A stretch of 64,000 nucleotides of DNA, taken from Utricularia gibba (lineage: Eukaryota > Plantae > Magnoliophyta). Location of the stretch: the NCBI GenBank assembly GCA_002189035.1, contig NEEC01000144.1:42101-106100 (forward strand), given 5' to 3'. The notes under the pieces were generated by a model. It had not been told where the DNA came from. It was given only the letters and a program-made list of their open reading frames with translations, and did not search any database. Made by a program: the position numbers and the translations under genes. The first letter of the stretch is position 1. Each line of letters opens with the position of its first letter. Below are positions 38,901-51,100 of the stretch, one piece after another.

Positions 38901-41900
38901 GCCTACATTGTTTCTGAAGGAAAAGCTTGTCGTTTTTGGTGGGTGCTTTCGTTGGGAATTCATCCGGACCCAAGGTTCTGTTCGACTCCTGAGCCCAATG
39001 GGTCCTATTCGACGAAAATCGTGATGCATTTTTTGAAGTTAGGATGTCATGAGCACCCCAAATGGTTTTCTTGTCCACAAGCTTTATATTTGAGGAGGCG
39101 CTCTCGAGGGGCACTAGGATCTGGCCGGAGGTCGGGTCGGGCTCGGGCCCATAGTCATTTGTAGCCCGGCAAAAAAAGTGATCCATTTATTAACGTTGGG
39201 TTTTCGGCACCTGCCTACATGGTTTCTGAAGGAAAAGCTTGTCGTTTTTGGGTGGGTGCTTTGTTGGGAAGTTCATCCGGACCCAAGGTTCGGTTCGACT
39301 CCTGAGCCCAATGGGGTCCTATTCGACGAAAATCGTGATGCATTTTTTGAAGTTAGGATGTCATGAGCACCCCAAATGGTTTTCTTGTCCACAAGCTTTA
39401 TATTTGAGGAGGCGCTCTCGAGGGGCACTAGGATCTGGCCGGAGGTCGGTCGGCTCGGCCCATAGTCATTTGTAGCCCGGCAAAAAAAGTGATCCATTTA
39501 TTAACGTTGGGTTTTCGGCACCTGCCTACATGGTTTCTGAAGGAAAAGCTTGTCGTTTTTGGGTGGGTGCTTTGTTGGGAAATTCGTCCGGACCCAAGGT
39601 TCGGTTCGACTCCTGAGCCCAATGGGGTCCTATTCGACGAAAATCGTGATGCATTTTTTGAAGTTAGGATGTCATGAGCACCCAAATGGTTTTCAACCAC
39701 AAGCTTTATATTTGAGGAGGCGCTCTCGAGGGGCACTAGGATCGGGCCGGAGGTCAGGTCGGGCTCGGCCCATAGTCATTTGTAGCCGGCAAAAAAAGTG
39801 ATCCATTTATTAACGTTGGGTTTTCGGCAGCTGCCTACATGGTTTCTGAAGGAAAAGCTTGTCGTTTTTGGGTGGGTGCTGTTGTTCGGAACTTCGTCCG
39901 GACCCAAGGTTCGGTTCGACTCCTGAGCCCAATCGGGTCCTATTCGACGAAAATCGTGATGCATTTTTTGAAGTTAGGATGTCATGAGCACCCCAAATGG
40001 TTTTCTCAACCACATGCTTTTTATTTGAGAGGCGCTCTCGAGGGGCACTAGGATCTGGCCGGAGGTCGGGTCGAACTCGGGCCCATAGTCATTTGTAGCC
40101 CGGCAAAAAAAGTGATCCATTTATTAACGTTGGGTTTTCGGCAGCTGCCTACATGGTTTCTGAAGGAAAAGCTTGTCGTTTTTGGGTGGGTGCTGTTGTT
40201 GGGAACTTCGTCCGGACCCAAGGTTCGGTTCGACTCCTGAGCCCAATCGGGTCCTATTCGACGAAAATCGTGATGCATTTTTTGAAGTTAGGATGTCATG
40301 AGCACCCCAAATGGTTTTCTCCCACAAGCTTTATATTTGAGGAGGCGCTCTCGAGGGCACTAGGATCTGGCCGAGGTCAGGTCGAACTCGGCCCATAGTC
40401 ATTTGTAGCCCGGCAAAAAAAGTGATCCATTTATTAACGTTGGGTTTCGGCAGCTGCCTACATGGTTTCTGAAGGAAAAGCTTGTCGTTTTTTGGTGGGT
40501 GCTGTTGTTCGGAAATTCGTCCGGACCCAAGGTTCGGTTCGACTCCTGAGCCCAATCGGGTCCTATTCGACGAAAATCGTGATGCATTTTTTGAAGTTAG
40601 GATGTCATGAGCACCCCAAATGGTTTCTCATCCACAAGCTTTATATTTGAGGAGGCGCTCTCGAGGGGCAGGATCGGGCCGGAGGTCGGGTCGGCTCGGG
40701 CCCATAGTCATTTGTAGCCCGGCAAAAAAAGTGATCCATTTATTAACGTTGGGTTTTCGGCAGCTGCCTACATGGTTTCTGAAGGAAAAGCTTGTCTTTT
40801 TTGGGTGGGTGCTGTCGTTGGGAACTTCGTCCGGACCCAAGTTCGGTTCGACTCCTGAGCCAATCGGGTCCTATTCGACGAAAATCGTGATGCATTTATT
40901 GAAGTTAGGATGTCATGAGCACCCCAAATGGTTTTCTCATCCACAAGCTTTATATTTGAGGAGGCTCTCGAGGGCACCAGGATCGGGCCGGAGGTCAGGT
41001 CGGCTCGGGCCCATAGTCATTTGTAGCCCGGCAAAAAAAGTGATCCATTTATTAACGTTGGGTTTTCGGCAGCTGCCTACATGGTTTCTGAAGGAAAAGC
41101 TTGTCGTTTTGGGTGGGTGCTTTTGTTGGGAACTTCGTCCGGACCCAAGGTTCGGTTCGACTCCTGAGCCCAATGGGTCCTATTCGACGAAAATCGTGAT
41201 GCATTTTTTGAAGTTAGGATGTCATGAGCACCCCAAATGGTTTTCTTGTCCACAAGCTTTATATTTGAGGAGGCGCTCTCGAGGGGCACTAGGATCGGGC
41301 CGGAGGTCGGGTCGAACTCGGGCCCATAGTCATTTGTAGCCCGGCAAAAAAAGTGATCCATTTATTAACGTTGGGTTTTCGGCAGCTGCCTACATGGTTT
41401 CTGAAGGAAAAGCTTGTCGTTTTTGGGGGTGCTTTTGTTGGGAACTTCGTCCGGACCCAAGGTTCGGTTCGACTCTGAGCCCAATGGGTCCTATTCGACG
41501 AAATCGTGTGATGCATTTTTTGAAGTTAGGATGTCATGAGCACCCCAAATGGTTTTCTCCACAAGCTTTATATTTGAGGAGGCGCTCTCGAGGGCACTAG
41601 GATCGGGCCGGAGGTCGGTCGAACTCGGCCCATAGTCATTTGTAGCCCGGCAAAAAAAAGTGATCCATTTATTAACGTTGGGTTTTCGGCAGCTGCCTAC
41701 ATTGTTTCTGAAGGAAAAGCTTGTCGTTTTTGGGTGGGTGCTTTGTTGGGAATTCGTCCGGACCCAAGGTTCGGTTCGACTCCTGAGCCCAATCGGGTCC
41801 TATTCGACGAAAATCGTGATGCATTTTTTGAAGTTAGGATGTCATGAGCACCCCAAATGGTTTTCTTGTCCACAAGCTTTATATTTGAGGAGGCGCTCTC

Positions 41901-44900
41901 GAGGGGCACTAGGATCTGGCCGGAGGTCGGGTCGAACTCGGGCCCATAGTCATTTGTAGCCCGGCAAAAAAAATGATCCATTTATTAACGTTGGGTTTTC
42001 GGCAGCTGCCTACATTGTTTCTGAAGGAAAAGCTTGTCGTTTTTGGGTGGGTGCTTTCGTTGGAAGTTCATCCGGACCCAAGGTTCGGTTCGACTCCTGA
42101 GCCCAATGGGGTCCTATTCGACGAAAATCGTGATGCATTTTTTGAAGTTAGGATGTCATGAGCACCCCAAATGGTTTTCTTGTCCACAAGCTTTATATTT
42201 GAGGAGGCGCTCTCGAGGGGCACTAGGATCGGGCCGGAGGTCAGGTCGGCTCGGGCCCATAGTCATTTGTAGCCCGGCAAAAAAGTGATCCATTTATTAA
42301 CGTTGGGTTTTCGGCAGCTGCCTACATGGTTTCTGAAGGAAAAGCTTGTCGTTTTTTGGTGGGTGCTGTTGTTGGGAACTTCGTCCGGACCCAAGGTTCG
42401 GTTCGACTCCTGAGCCCAATCGGGTCCTATTCGACGAAAATCGTGATGCATTTTTTGAAGTTAGGATGTCATGAGCACCCCAAATGGTTTTCTCAACCAC
42501 AAGCTTTATATTTGAGGAGGCGCTCTCGAGGGGCACTAGGATCGGCCGGAGGTCAGGTCGGGCTCGGCCCATAGTCATTTGTAGCCCGGCAAAAAAAGTG
42601 ATCCATTTATTAACGTTGGGTTTTCGGCAGCTGCCTACATGGTTTCTGAAGGAAAAGCTTGTCGTTTTTGGGTGGGTGCTGTTGTTCGGAACTTCGTCCG
42701 GACCCAAGGTTCGGTTCGACTCCTGAGCCCAATCGGGTCCTATTCGACGAAAATCGTGATGCATTTTTTGAAGTTAGGATGTCATGAGCACCCCAAATGG
42801 TTTTCTCAACCACATGCTTTTTATTTGAGAGGCGCTCTCGAGGGGCACTAGGATCTGGCCGGAGGTCGGGTCGAACTCGGGCCCATAGTCATTTGTAGCC
42901 CGGCAAAAAAAGTGATCCATTTACTAACGTTGGGTTTTCGGCAGCTGCCTACATGGTTTCTGAAGGAAAAGCTTGTCGTTTTTGGGTGGGTGCTGTTGTT
43001 CGGAACTTCGTCCGGACCCAAGGTTCGGTTCGACTCTGAGCCCAATCGGGTCCTATTCGACGAAAATCGTGATGCATTTTTTTGAGTTAGGATGTCATGA
43101 GCACCCCAAATGGTTTTCTCAACCACAGCTTTTTATTTGAGAGGCGCTCTCGAGGGCACTAGGATCTGGCCGGAGGTCACGTCGAACTCGGCCCATAGTC
43201 ATTTGTAGCCCGGAAAAAAGTGATCCATTTATTAACGTTGGGTTTTCGGCAGCTGCCTACATGGTTTCTGAAGGAAAAGCTTGTCGTTTTTGGTGGGTGC
43301 TGTTGTTCGGAAATTCGTCCGGACCCAAGGTTCGGTTCGACTCCTGAGCCCAATCGGGTCCTATTCGACGAAATCGTGATGCATTTACTGAAGTTAGGAT
43401 GTCATGAGCACCCCAAATGGTTTTCTCATCCACAAGCTTTATATTTAAGGAGGCGCTCTCGAGGGGCACCGGGATCGGGCCGGAGATCGGGTCGGGCTCG
43501 GGCCCATAGTCATTTGTAGCCCGGCAAAAAAAGTGATCCATTTATTAACGTTGGGTTTTCGGCAGCTGCCTACATTGTTTCTGAAGGAAAAGCTTGTCTT
43601 TTTTGGGTGGTGCTGTCGTTGGGAACTTCGTCCGGACCCAAGTTTCGGTTCGACTCCTGAGCCAATCGGGTCTATTCGACGAAAATCGTGATGCATTTTT
43701 GAAGTTAGGATGTCATGAGCACCCCAAATGGTTTTCTCATCCACAAGCTTTATATTTGAGGAGGGCTCTCGAGGGGCACCAGGATCGGGCCGGAGGTCAG
43801 GTCGGCTCGGCCCATAGTCATTTGTAGCCCGGCAAAAAAAGTGATCCATTTATTAACGTTGGGTTTTCGGCAGCTGCCTACATGGTTTCTGAAGGAAAAG
43901 CTTGTCGTTTTTGGGGGTGCTTTTGTTGGAACTTCGTCCGGACCCAAGGTTCGGTTCGACTCTTGAGCCCAATGGGTCCTATTCGACGAAAATCGTGATG
44001 CATTTTTGAAGTTAGGATGTCATGAGCACCCCAAATGGTTTTCTTGTCCACAAGCTTTATATTTGAGGAGGCTCTCGAGGGGCACTAGGATCTGGCCGGA
44101 GGTCGGGTCGAACTCGGGCCCATAGTCATTTGTAGCCCGGCAAAAAAAGTGATCCATTTATTAACGTTGGGTTTTCGGCAGCTGCCTACATGGTTTCTTA
44201 AGGAAAAGCTTGTCGTTTTTGGTAAGGTGCTTTCATTGGGAACTTCGTTCGGACCAATCCGGTCCTATTCGACGAAAATCGTGATGCATTTATTGAAGTT
44301 AGGATGTCATGAGCACCCCAAATGGTTTTCTCATCCACAAGCTTTATATTTGAGGAGGCGCTCTCGAGGTGCACCGGGATCGGGCCGGAGGTCGGGTCGG
44401 CTCGGGCCCATAGTCATTTGTAGCCCGGCAAAAAAAGTGATCCATTTTATTAACGTTGGGTTTTCGGCAGCTGCCTACATGGTTTCTTAAGGAAAAGCTT
44501 GTCGTTTTTGGGTGGTGCTGTTGTTCGGAACTTCGTCCGGACCCAAGGTTCGTTCGACTCCTGAGCCCAATCGGGTCCTATTCGACGAAAATCGTGATGC
44601 ATTTTTTGAAGTTAGGATGTCATGAGCACCCCAAATGGTTTTCTTGTCCACAAGCTTTATATTTGAGGAGGCGCTCTCGAGGGGCACTAGATCTGGCCGG
44701 AGGTCGGGTCGAACTCGGCCCATAGTCATTTGTAGCCCGGCAAAAAAAAGTGATCCATTTATTAACGTTGGGTTTTCGGCAGCTGCCTACATTGTTTCTG
44801 AAGGAAAAGCTTGTCGTTTTTGGGTGGGTGCTTTCGTTGGGAACTTCATCCGGACCCAAGGTTCTGTTCGACTCCTGAGCCCAATGGGTCCTATTCGACG

Positions 44901-47506
44901 AAAATCGTGATGCATTTTTTGAAGTTAGGATGTCATGAGCACCCCAAATGGTTTTCTCCACAAGCTTTATATTTGAGGAGGCGCTCTCGAGGGGCACTAG
45001 ATCGGCCGGAGGTCGGGTCGGGCTCGGGCCCATAGTCATTTGTAGCCCGGCAAAAAAAAGTGATCCATTTATTAACGTTGGGTTTTCGGCAGCTGCCTAC
45101 ATTGTTTCTGAAGGAAAAGCTTGTCGTTTTTGGGTGGGTGCTTTCGTTGGAAGTTCATCCGGACCCAAGGTTCTGTTCGACTCCTGAGCCCAATGGGTCC
45201 TATTCGACGAAAATCGTGATGCATTTTTTGAAGTTAGGATGTCATGAGCACCCCAAATGGTTTTCTGTCCACAAGCTTTATATTTGAGGAGGCGCTCTCG
45301 AGGGGCACTAGGATCTGGCCGGAGGTCGGGTCGAACTCGGGCCCATAGTCATTTGTAGCCCGGCAAAAAAAGTGATCCATTTATTAACGTTGGGTTTTCG
45401 GCAGCTGCCTACATTGTTTCTGAAGGAAAAGCTTGTCGTTTTTGGGTGGGTGCTTTCGTTGGGAATTCATCCGGACCCAAGGTTCGGTTCGACTCCTGAG
45501 CCCAATGGGGTCCTATTCGACGAAAATCGTGATGCATTTTTTGAAGTTAGGATGTCATGAGCACCCCAAATGGTTTTCTCAACCACAGCTTTTTATTTGA
45601 GGAGGCGCTCTCGAGGGCACTAGGATCGGGCCCGGAGGTCGGGTCGAACTCGGGCCCATAGTCATTTGTAGCCCGGCAAAAAAGTGATCCATTTATTAAC
45701 GTTGGGTTTTCGGCAGCTGCCTACATGGTTTCTGAAGGAAAAGCTTGTCGTTTTTGGGTGGGTGCTGTTGTTCGGAACTTCGTCCGGACCCAAGGTTCGG
45801 TTCGACTCTGAGCCCAATCGGGTCCTATTCGACGAAAATCGTGATGCATTTTTTGAAGTTAGGATGTCATGAGCACCCCAAATGGTTTTCTCAACCACAG
45901 CTTTTTATTTGAGAAGCGCTCTCGAGGGGCACTAGGATCTGGCCGGAGGTCAGGTCGAACTCGGGCCCATAGTCATTTGTAGCGCAAAAAAGTGATCCAT
46001 TTATTAACGTTGGGTTTTCGGCAGCTGCCTACATGGTTTCTGAAGGAAAAGCTTGTCGTTTTTTGGTGGGTTGTTGTTCGGAAATTCGTCCGGACCCAAG
46101 GTTCGGTTCGACTCCTGAGCCCAATCGGGTCCTATTCGACGAAAATCGTGATGCATTTTTGAAGTTAGGATGTCATGAGCACCCCAAATGGTTTTCTCAT
46201 CCACAAGCTTTATATTTGAGGAGGCGCTCTCGAGGGGCACCGGATCGGGCCGGAGTCGGGTCGGCTCGGGCCCATAGTCATTTGTAGCCCGGCAAAAAAA
46301 GTGATCCATTTATTAACGTTGGGTTTTCGGCAGCTGCCTACATTGTTTCTGAAGGAAAAGCTTGTCTTTTTTGGGTGGGTGCTGTCGTTGGGAACTTCGT
46401 CCGACCCAAGGTTCGGTTCGACTCCTGAGCCAAATCGGTCCTATTCGACGAAAATCGTGATGCATTTATTGAAGTTAGGATGTCATGAGCACCCCAAATG
46501 GTTTTCTCATCCACAAGCTTTATATTTGAGGAGGGCTCTCGAGGGGCACCAGGATCGGGCCGGAGGTCAGGTCGGGCTCGGGCCCATAGTCATTTGTAGC
46601 CCGGCAAAAAAAGTGATCCATTTATTAACGTTGGGTTTTCGGCAGCTGCCTACATGGTTTCTGAAGGAAAAGCTTGTCGTTTTTGGGGGTGCTTTTGTTT
46701 GGAACTTCGTCCGGACCCAAGGTTCGGTTCGACTCTTGAGCCCAATGGGTCCTATTCGACGAAAATCGTGATGCATTTTTTGAAGTTAGGATGTCATGGC
46801 ACCCCAAATGGTTTTCTTGTCCACAAGCTTTATATTTGAGGAGGCGCTCTCGAGGGGCACTAGGATCTGGCCGGAGGTCGGGTCGAACTCGGCCCATAGT
46901 CATTTGTAGCCCGGCAAAAAAAGTGATCCATTTTTAACGTTGGGTTTTCGGCAGCTGCCTACATGGTTTCTTAAGGAAAAGCTTGTCGTTTTGGTAAGGT
47001 GCTTTCATTGGGAACTTCGTTCGGACCAATCCGGTCCTATTCGACGAAAATCGTGATGCATTTATTGAAGTTAGGATGTCATGAGCACCCCAAATGGTTT
47101 TCTCATCCACAAGCTTTACATTTGAGGAGGCGCTCTCGAGGGCACCGGGATCGGGCCGGAGGTCGGGTCGGGCTCGGGCCATAGTCATTTGTAGCCCGGC
47201 AAAAAAGTGATCCATTTATTAACGTTGGGTTTTCGGCAGCTGCTTACATGGTTTCTTAAGGAAAACTTGTCGTTTTGGGTGGGTGCTGTTGTTCGGAACT
47301 TCGTCCGGACCCAAGGTTCGATTCGACTCCTGAGCCCAATCGGGTCCTATTCGACGAAAATCGTGATGCATTTTTTGAAGTTAGGATGTCATGAGCACCC
47401 CAAATGGTTTTCTCACCACAAGCTTTTATTTGAGGAGGCGCTCTCGAGGGGCACTAGGATCGGGCCGGAGGTCGGTCGGGCTCGGGCCCATAGTCATTTG
47501 TAGCCC
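29966..47506. repeat. HOR domain 2: ~2.77-kb 9-mer containing a 25-bp-deleted monomer, with a 5-mer truncation and a 10-mer variant
   Basis: The gtcacgtcgaactc marker at 30238, 33013, 37301 and 43176 (gtcaggtcgaactc at 45949) lies 960-965 bp before a deleted monomer each time (31203, 33973, 38265, 44139, 46913). The intervening monomers share private variants. Confidence 0.85.
31203..31488. repeat. Short (~285-bp) monomer variant with a 25-bp deletion (example; 9 copies)
   Basis: ttcgttcggac(c)caatc(c)ggtcc replaces ttcgtccggacccaaggttcggttcgactcctgagcccaatcgggtcc. Copies at 12027-12310, 21323-21604, 25011-25296, 31203-31488, 33973-34257, 35503-35786, 38265-38549, 44139-44426 and 46913-47197. 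Confidence 0.92.
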
Positions 47507-48135
47507 GGCAAAAAAAGTGATCCATTTATTAACGTTGGGTTTTCGGCAGCTGCCTACATGGTTTCTGAAGGAAAAGCTTGTCGTTTTTGGGAGGGTGCTG
47601 TTGTTGGGAACTTCGTCCGGACCCAAGGTTCGGTTCGACTCCTGAGCCCAATGGGGTCCTATTCGACGAAAATCGTGATGCATTTTTGAAGTTAGGATGT
47701 CATGGGCACCCCAAATGGTTTTCTTGTCCACAAGCTTTATATTTGAGGAGGCGCTCTCGAGGGGCACTAGGATCGGGCCGGAGGTCGGGTCGAACTCGGG
47801 CCCATAGTCATTTGTAGCCCGGCAAAAAAAGTGATCCATTTATTAACGTTGGGTTTTCGGGCAGCTGCCTACATTGTTTCTGAAGGAAAAGCTTGTCGTT
47901 TTTGGGTGGGTGCTTTCGTTGGGAAGTTCATCCGGACCCAAGGTTCTGTTCGACTCCTGAGCCAATGGGGTCCTATTCGACGAAAATCGTGATGCATTTT
48001 TTGAAGTTAGGATGTCATGAGCACCCCAAATGGTTTTCTTGTCCACAAGCTTTATATTTGAGGAGGCGCTCTCGAGGGGCACCAGGATCGGGCCGGAGGT
48101 CAGGTCGGGCTCGGCCCCATAGTCATTTGTAGCCC

Positions 48136-51100
48136 GGCAAAAAAATGTGATCCATTTATTAACGTTGGGTTTTCGGCAGCTGCCTACATGGTTTGTGAAG
48201 GAAAAGCTTGTCGTTTTTGGGTGGGTGCTTTGTTCGGAAATTCGTCCGGACCCAAGGTTCGGTTCGACTCCTGAGCCCAATCGGGTCCTATTCGACGAAA
48301 ATCGTGATGCATTTTTTGAAGTTAGGATGTCATGAGCACCCCAAATGGTTTTCTCAACCACAAGCTTTTTATTTGAGGAGGCGCTCTCGAGGGGCACTAG
48401 GATCGGGCCGGAGGTCATATCGCTCGGGCCCATAGTCATTTGTAGCCCGGCAAAAAAAGTGATCCATTTATTAACGTTGGGTTTTCGGCAGCTGCCTACA
48501 TGGTTTCTGAAGGAAAAGCTTGTCGTTTTTGGTGGGTGCTTTTGTTGGGAATTCATCCGGACCCAAGGTTCGGTTCGACTCCTGAGCCCAATGGGGTCCT
48601 ATTCGACGAAAATCGTGATGCATTTTTTGAAGTTAGGATGTCATGAGCACCCCAAATGGTTTTCTTGTCCACAAGCTTTATATTTGAGGAGGCGCTCTCG
48701 AGGGCACTAGATCGGGCCGGAGGTCAGGTCGGGCTCGGCCCATAGTCATTTGTAGCCCGGCAAAAAAGTGATCCATTTATTAACGTTGGGTTTTCGGCAC
48801 CTGCCTACATGGTTTCTGAAGGAAAAGCTTGTCGTTTTTGGGTGGTGCTTTGTTCGGAAATTCGTCCGGACCCAAGGTTCGGTTCGACTCCTGAGCCCAA
48901 TGGGGTCCTATTCGACGAAAATCGTGATGCATTTTTTGAAGTTAGGATGTCATGAGCACCCCAAATGGTTTTCTTGTCCACAAGCTTTTATATTTGAGGA
49001 GGCGCTCTCGAGGGGCACCGATCGGGCCGGAGGTCGGTCGGGCTCGGCCCATAGTCATTTGTAGCCCGGCAAAAAAAGTGATCCATTTATTAACGTTGGG
49101 TTTTCGGCACCTGCCTACATGGTTTGAAGGAAAAGCTTGTCGTTTTTGGGTGGGTGCTTTCGTTGGGAAGTTCATCCGGACCCAAGGTTCGGTTCGACTC
49201 CTGAGCCCAATCGGGTCCTATTCGACGAAAATCGTGATGCATTTTTTGAAGTTAGGATGTCATGAGCACCCCAAATGGTTTTCTTGTCCACAAGCTTTAT
49301 ATTTGAGGAGGCGCTCTCGAGGGGCACAGGATCGGGCCGGAGGTCGGGTCGGGCTCGGCCCATAGTCATTTGTAGCCCGGCAAAAAAGTGATCCATTTAT
49401 TAACGTTGGGTTTTCGGCAGCTGCCTACATGGTTTCTGAAGGAAAAGCTTGTCGTTTTTGGGTGGGTGCTTTGTTCGGAAATTCGTCCGGACCCAAGGTT
49501 CGGTTCGACTCCTGAGCCCAATCGGGTCCTATTCGACGAAAATCGTGATGCATTTTTTTGAAGTTAGGATGTCATGAGCACCCCAAATGGTTTTCTCAAC
49601 CACAGCTTTTTATTTGAGGAGGCGCTCTCGAGGGGCACTAGGATCGGGCCGGAGGTCAGGTCGGCTCGGGCCCATAGTCATTTGTAGCCCGGCAAAAAAG
49701 TGATCCATTTATTAACGTTGGGTTTTCGGCAGCTGCCTACATGGTTTCTGAAGGAAAAGCTTGTCGTTTTTGGGTGGGTGCTTTTGTTGGGAATTCGTCC
49801 GGACCCAAGGTTCGGTTCGACTCCTGAGCCCAAGGGTCCTATTCGACGAAAATCGTGATGCATTTTTTGAAGTTAGGATGTCATGAGCACCCCAAATGGT
49901 TTTCTTGTCCACAAGCTTTATATTTGAGGAGGCGCTCTCGAGGGCACTAGGATCGGGCCGGAGGTCAGGTCGGGCTCGGCCCATAGTCATTTGTAGCCCG
50001 GCAAAAAAGTGATCCATTTATTAACGTTGGGTTTTCGGCAGCTGCCTACATGGTTTCTGAAGGAAAAGCTTGTCGTTTTTGGGTGGGTGCTTTGTTGGAA
50101 ATTCGTCCGGACCCAAGGTTCGGTTCGACTCCTGAGCCCAATGGGGTCCTATTCGACGAAAATCGTGATGCATTTTTGAAGTTAGGATGTCATGAGCACC
50201 CAAATGGTTTTCTTGTCCACAAGCTTTATATTTGAGGAGGCGCTCTCGAGGGCACCAGGATCGGGCCGGAGGTCAGGTCGCTCGGCCCATAGTCATTTGT
50301 AGCCCGGCAAAAAAGTGATCCATTTATTAACGTTGGGTTTTCGGCAGCTGCCTACATGGTTTCTGAAGGAAAAGCTTGTCGTTTTTGGGTGGGTGCTTGT
50401 TTGGGAATTCATCCGGACCCAAGGTTCGGTTCGACTCCTGAGCCCAATGGGTCCTATTCGACGAAAATCGTGATGCATTTTTTTGAAGTTAGGATGTCAT
50501 GAGCACCCCAAATGGTTTTCTTGTCCACAAGCTTTATATTTGAGGAGGCGCTCTCGAGGGGCACTAGGATCGGGCCGGAGGTCGGGTCGGGCTCGGCCCA
50601 TAGTCATTTGTAGCCCGGCAAAAAAGTGATCCATTTATTAACGTTGGGTTTTCGGCAGCTGCCTACATGTTTCTGAAGGAAAAGCTTGTCGTTTTTGGGT
50701 GGGTGCTGTTGTTGGAAATTCGTCCGGACCCAAGGTTCGGTTCGACTCCTGAGCCCAATCGGGTCCTATTCGACGAAAATCGTGATGCATTTTTTTTATG
50801 TCATGAGCACCCCAAATGGTTTTCTCAACCACAAGCTTTATTTGAGGAGGCGCTCTCGAGGGCACTAGGATCGGGCCGGAGGTCAGGTCGGCTCGGGCCC
50901 ATAGTCATTTGTAGCCCGGCAAAAAAAGTGATCCATTTATTAACGTTGGGTTTTCGGCAGCTGCCTACATGGTTTCTGAAGGAAAAGCTTGTCGTTTTTG
51001 GGTGGGTGCTTTTGTTGGGAATTCATCCGGACCCAAGGTTCGGTTCGACTCCTGAGCCCAATGGGGTCCTATTCGACGAAAATCGTGATGCATTTTTTGA

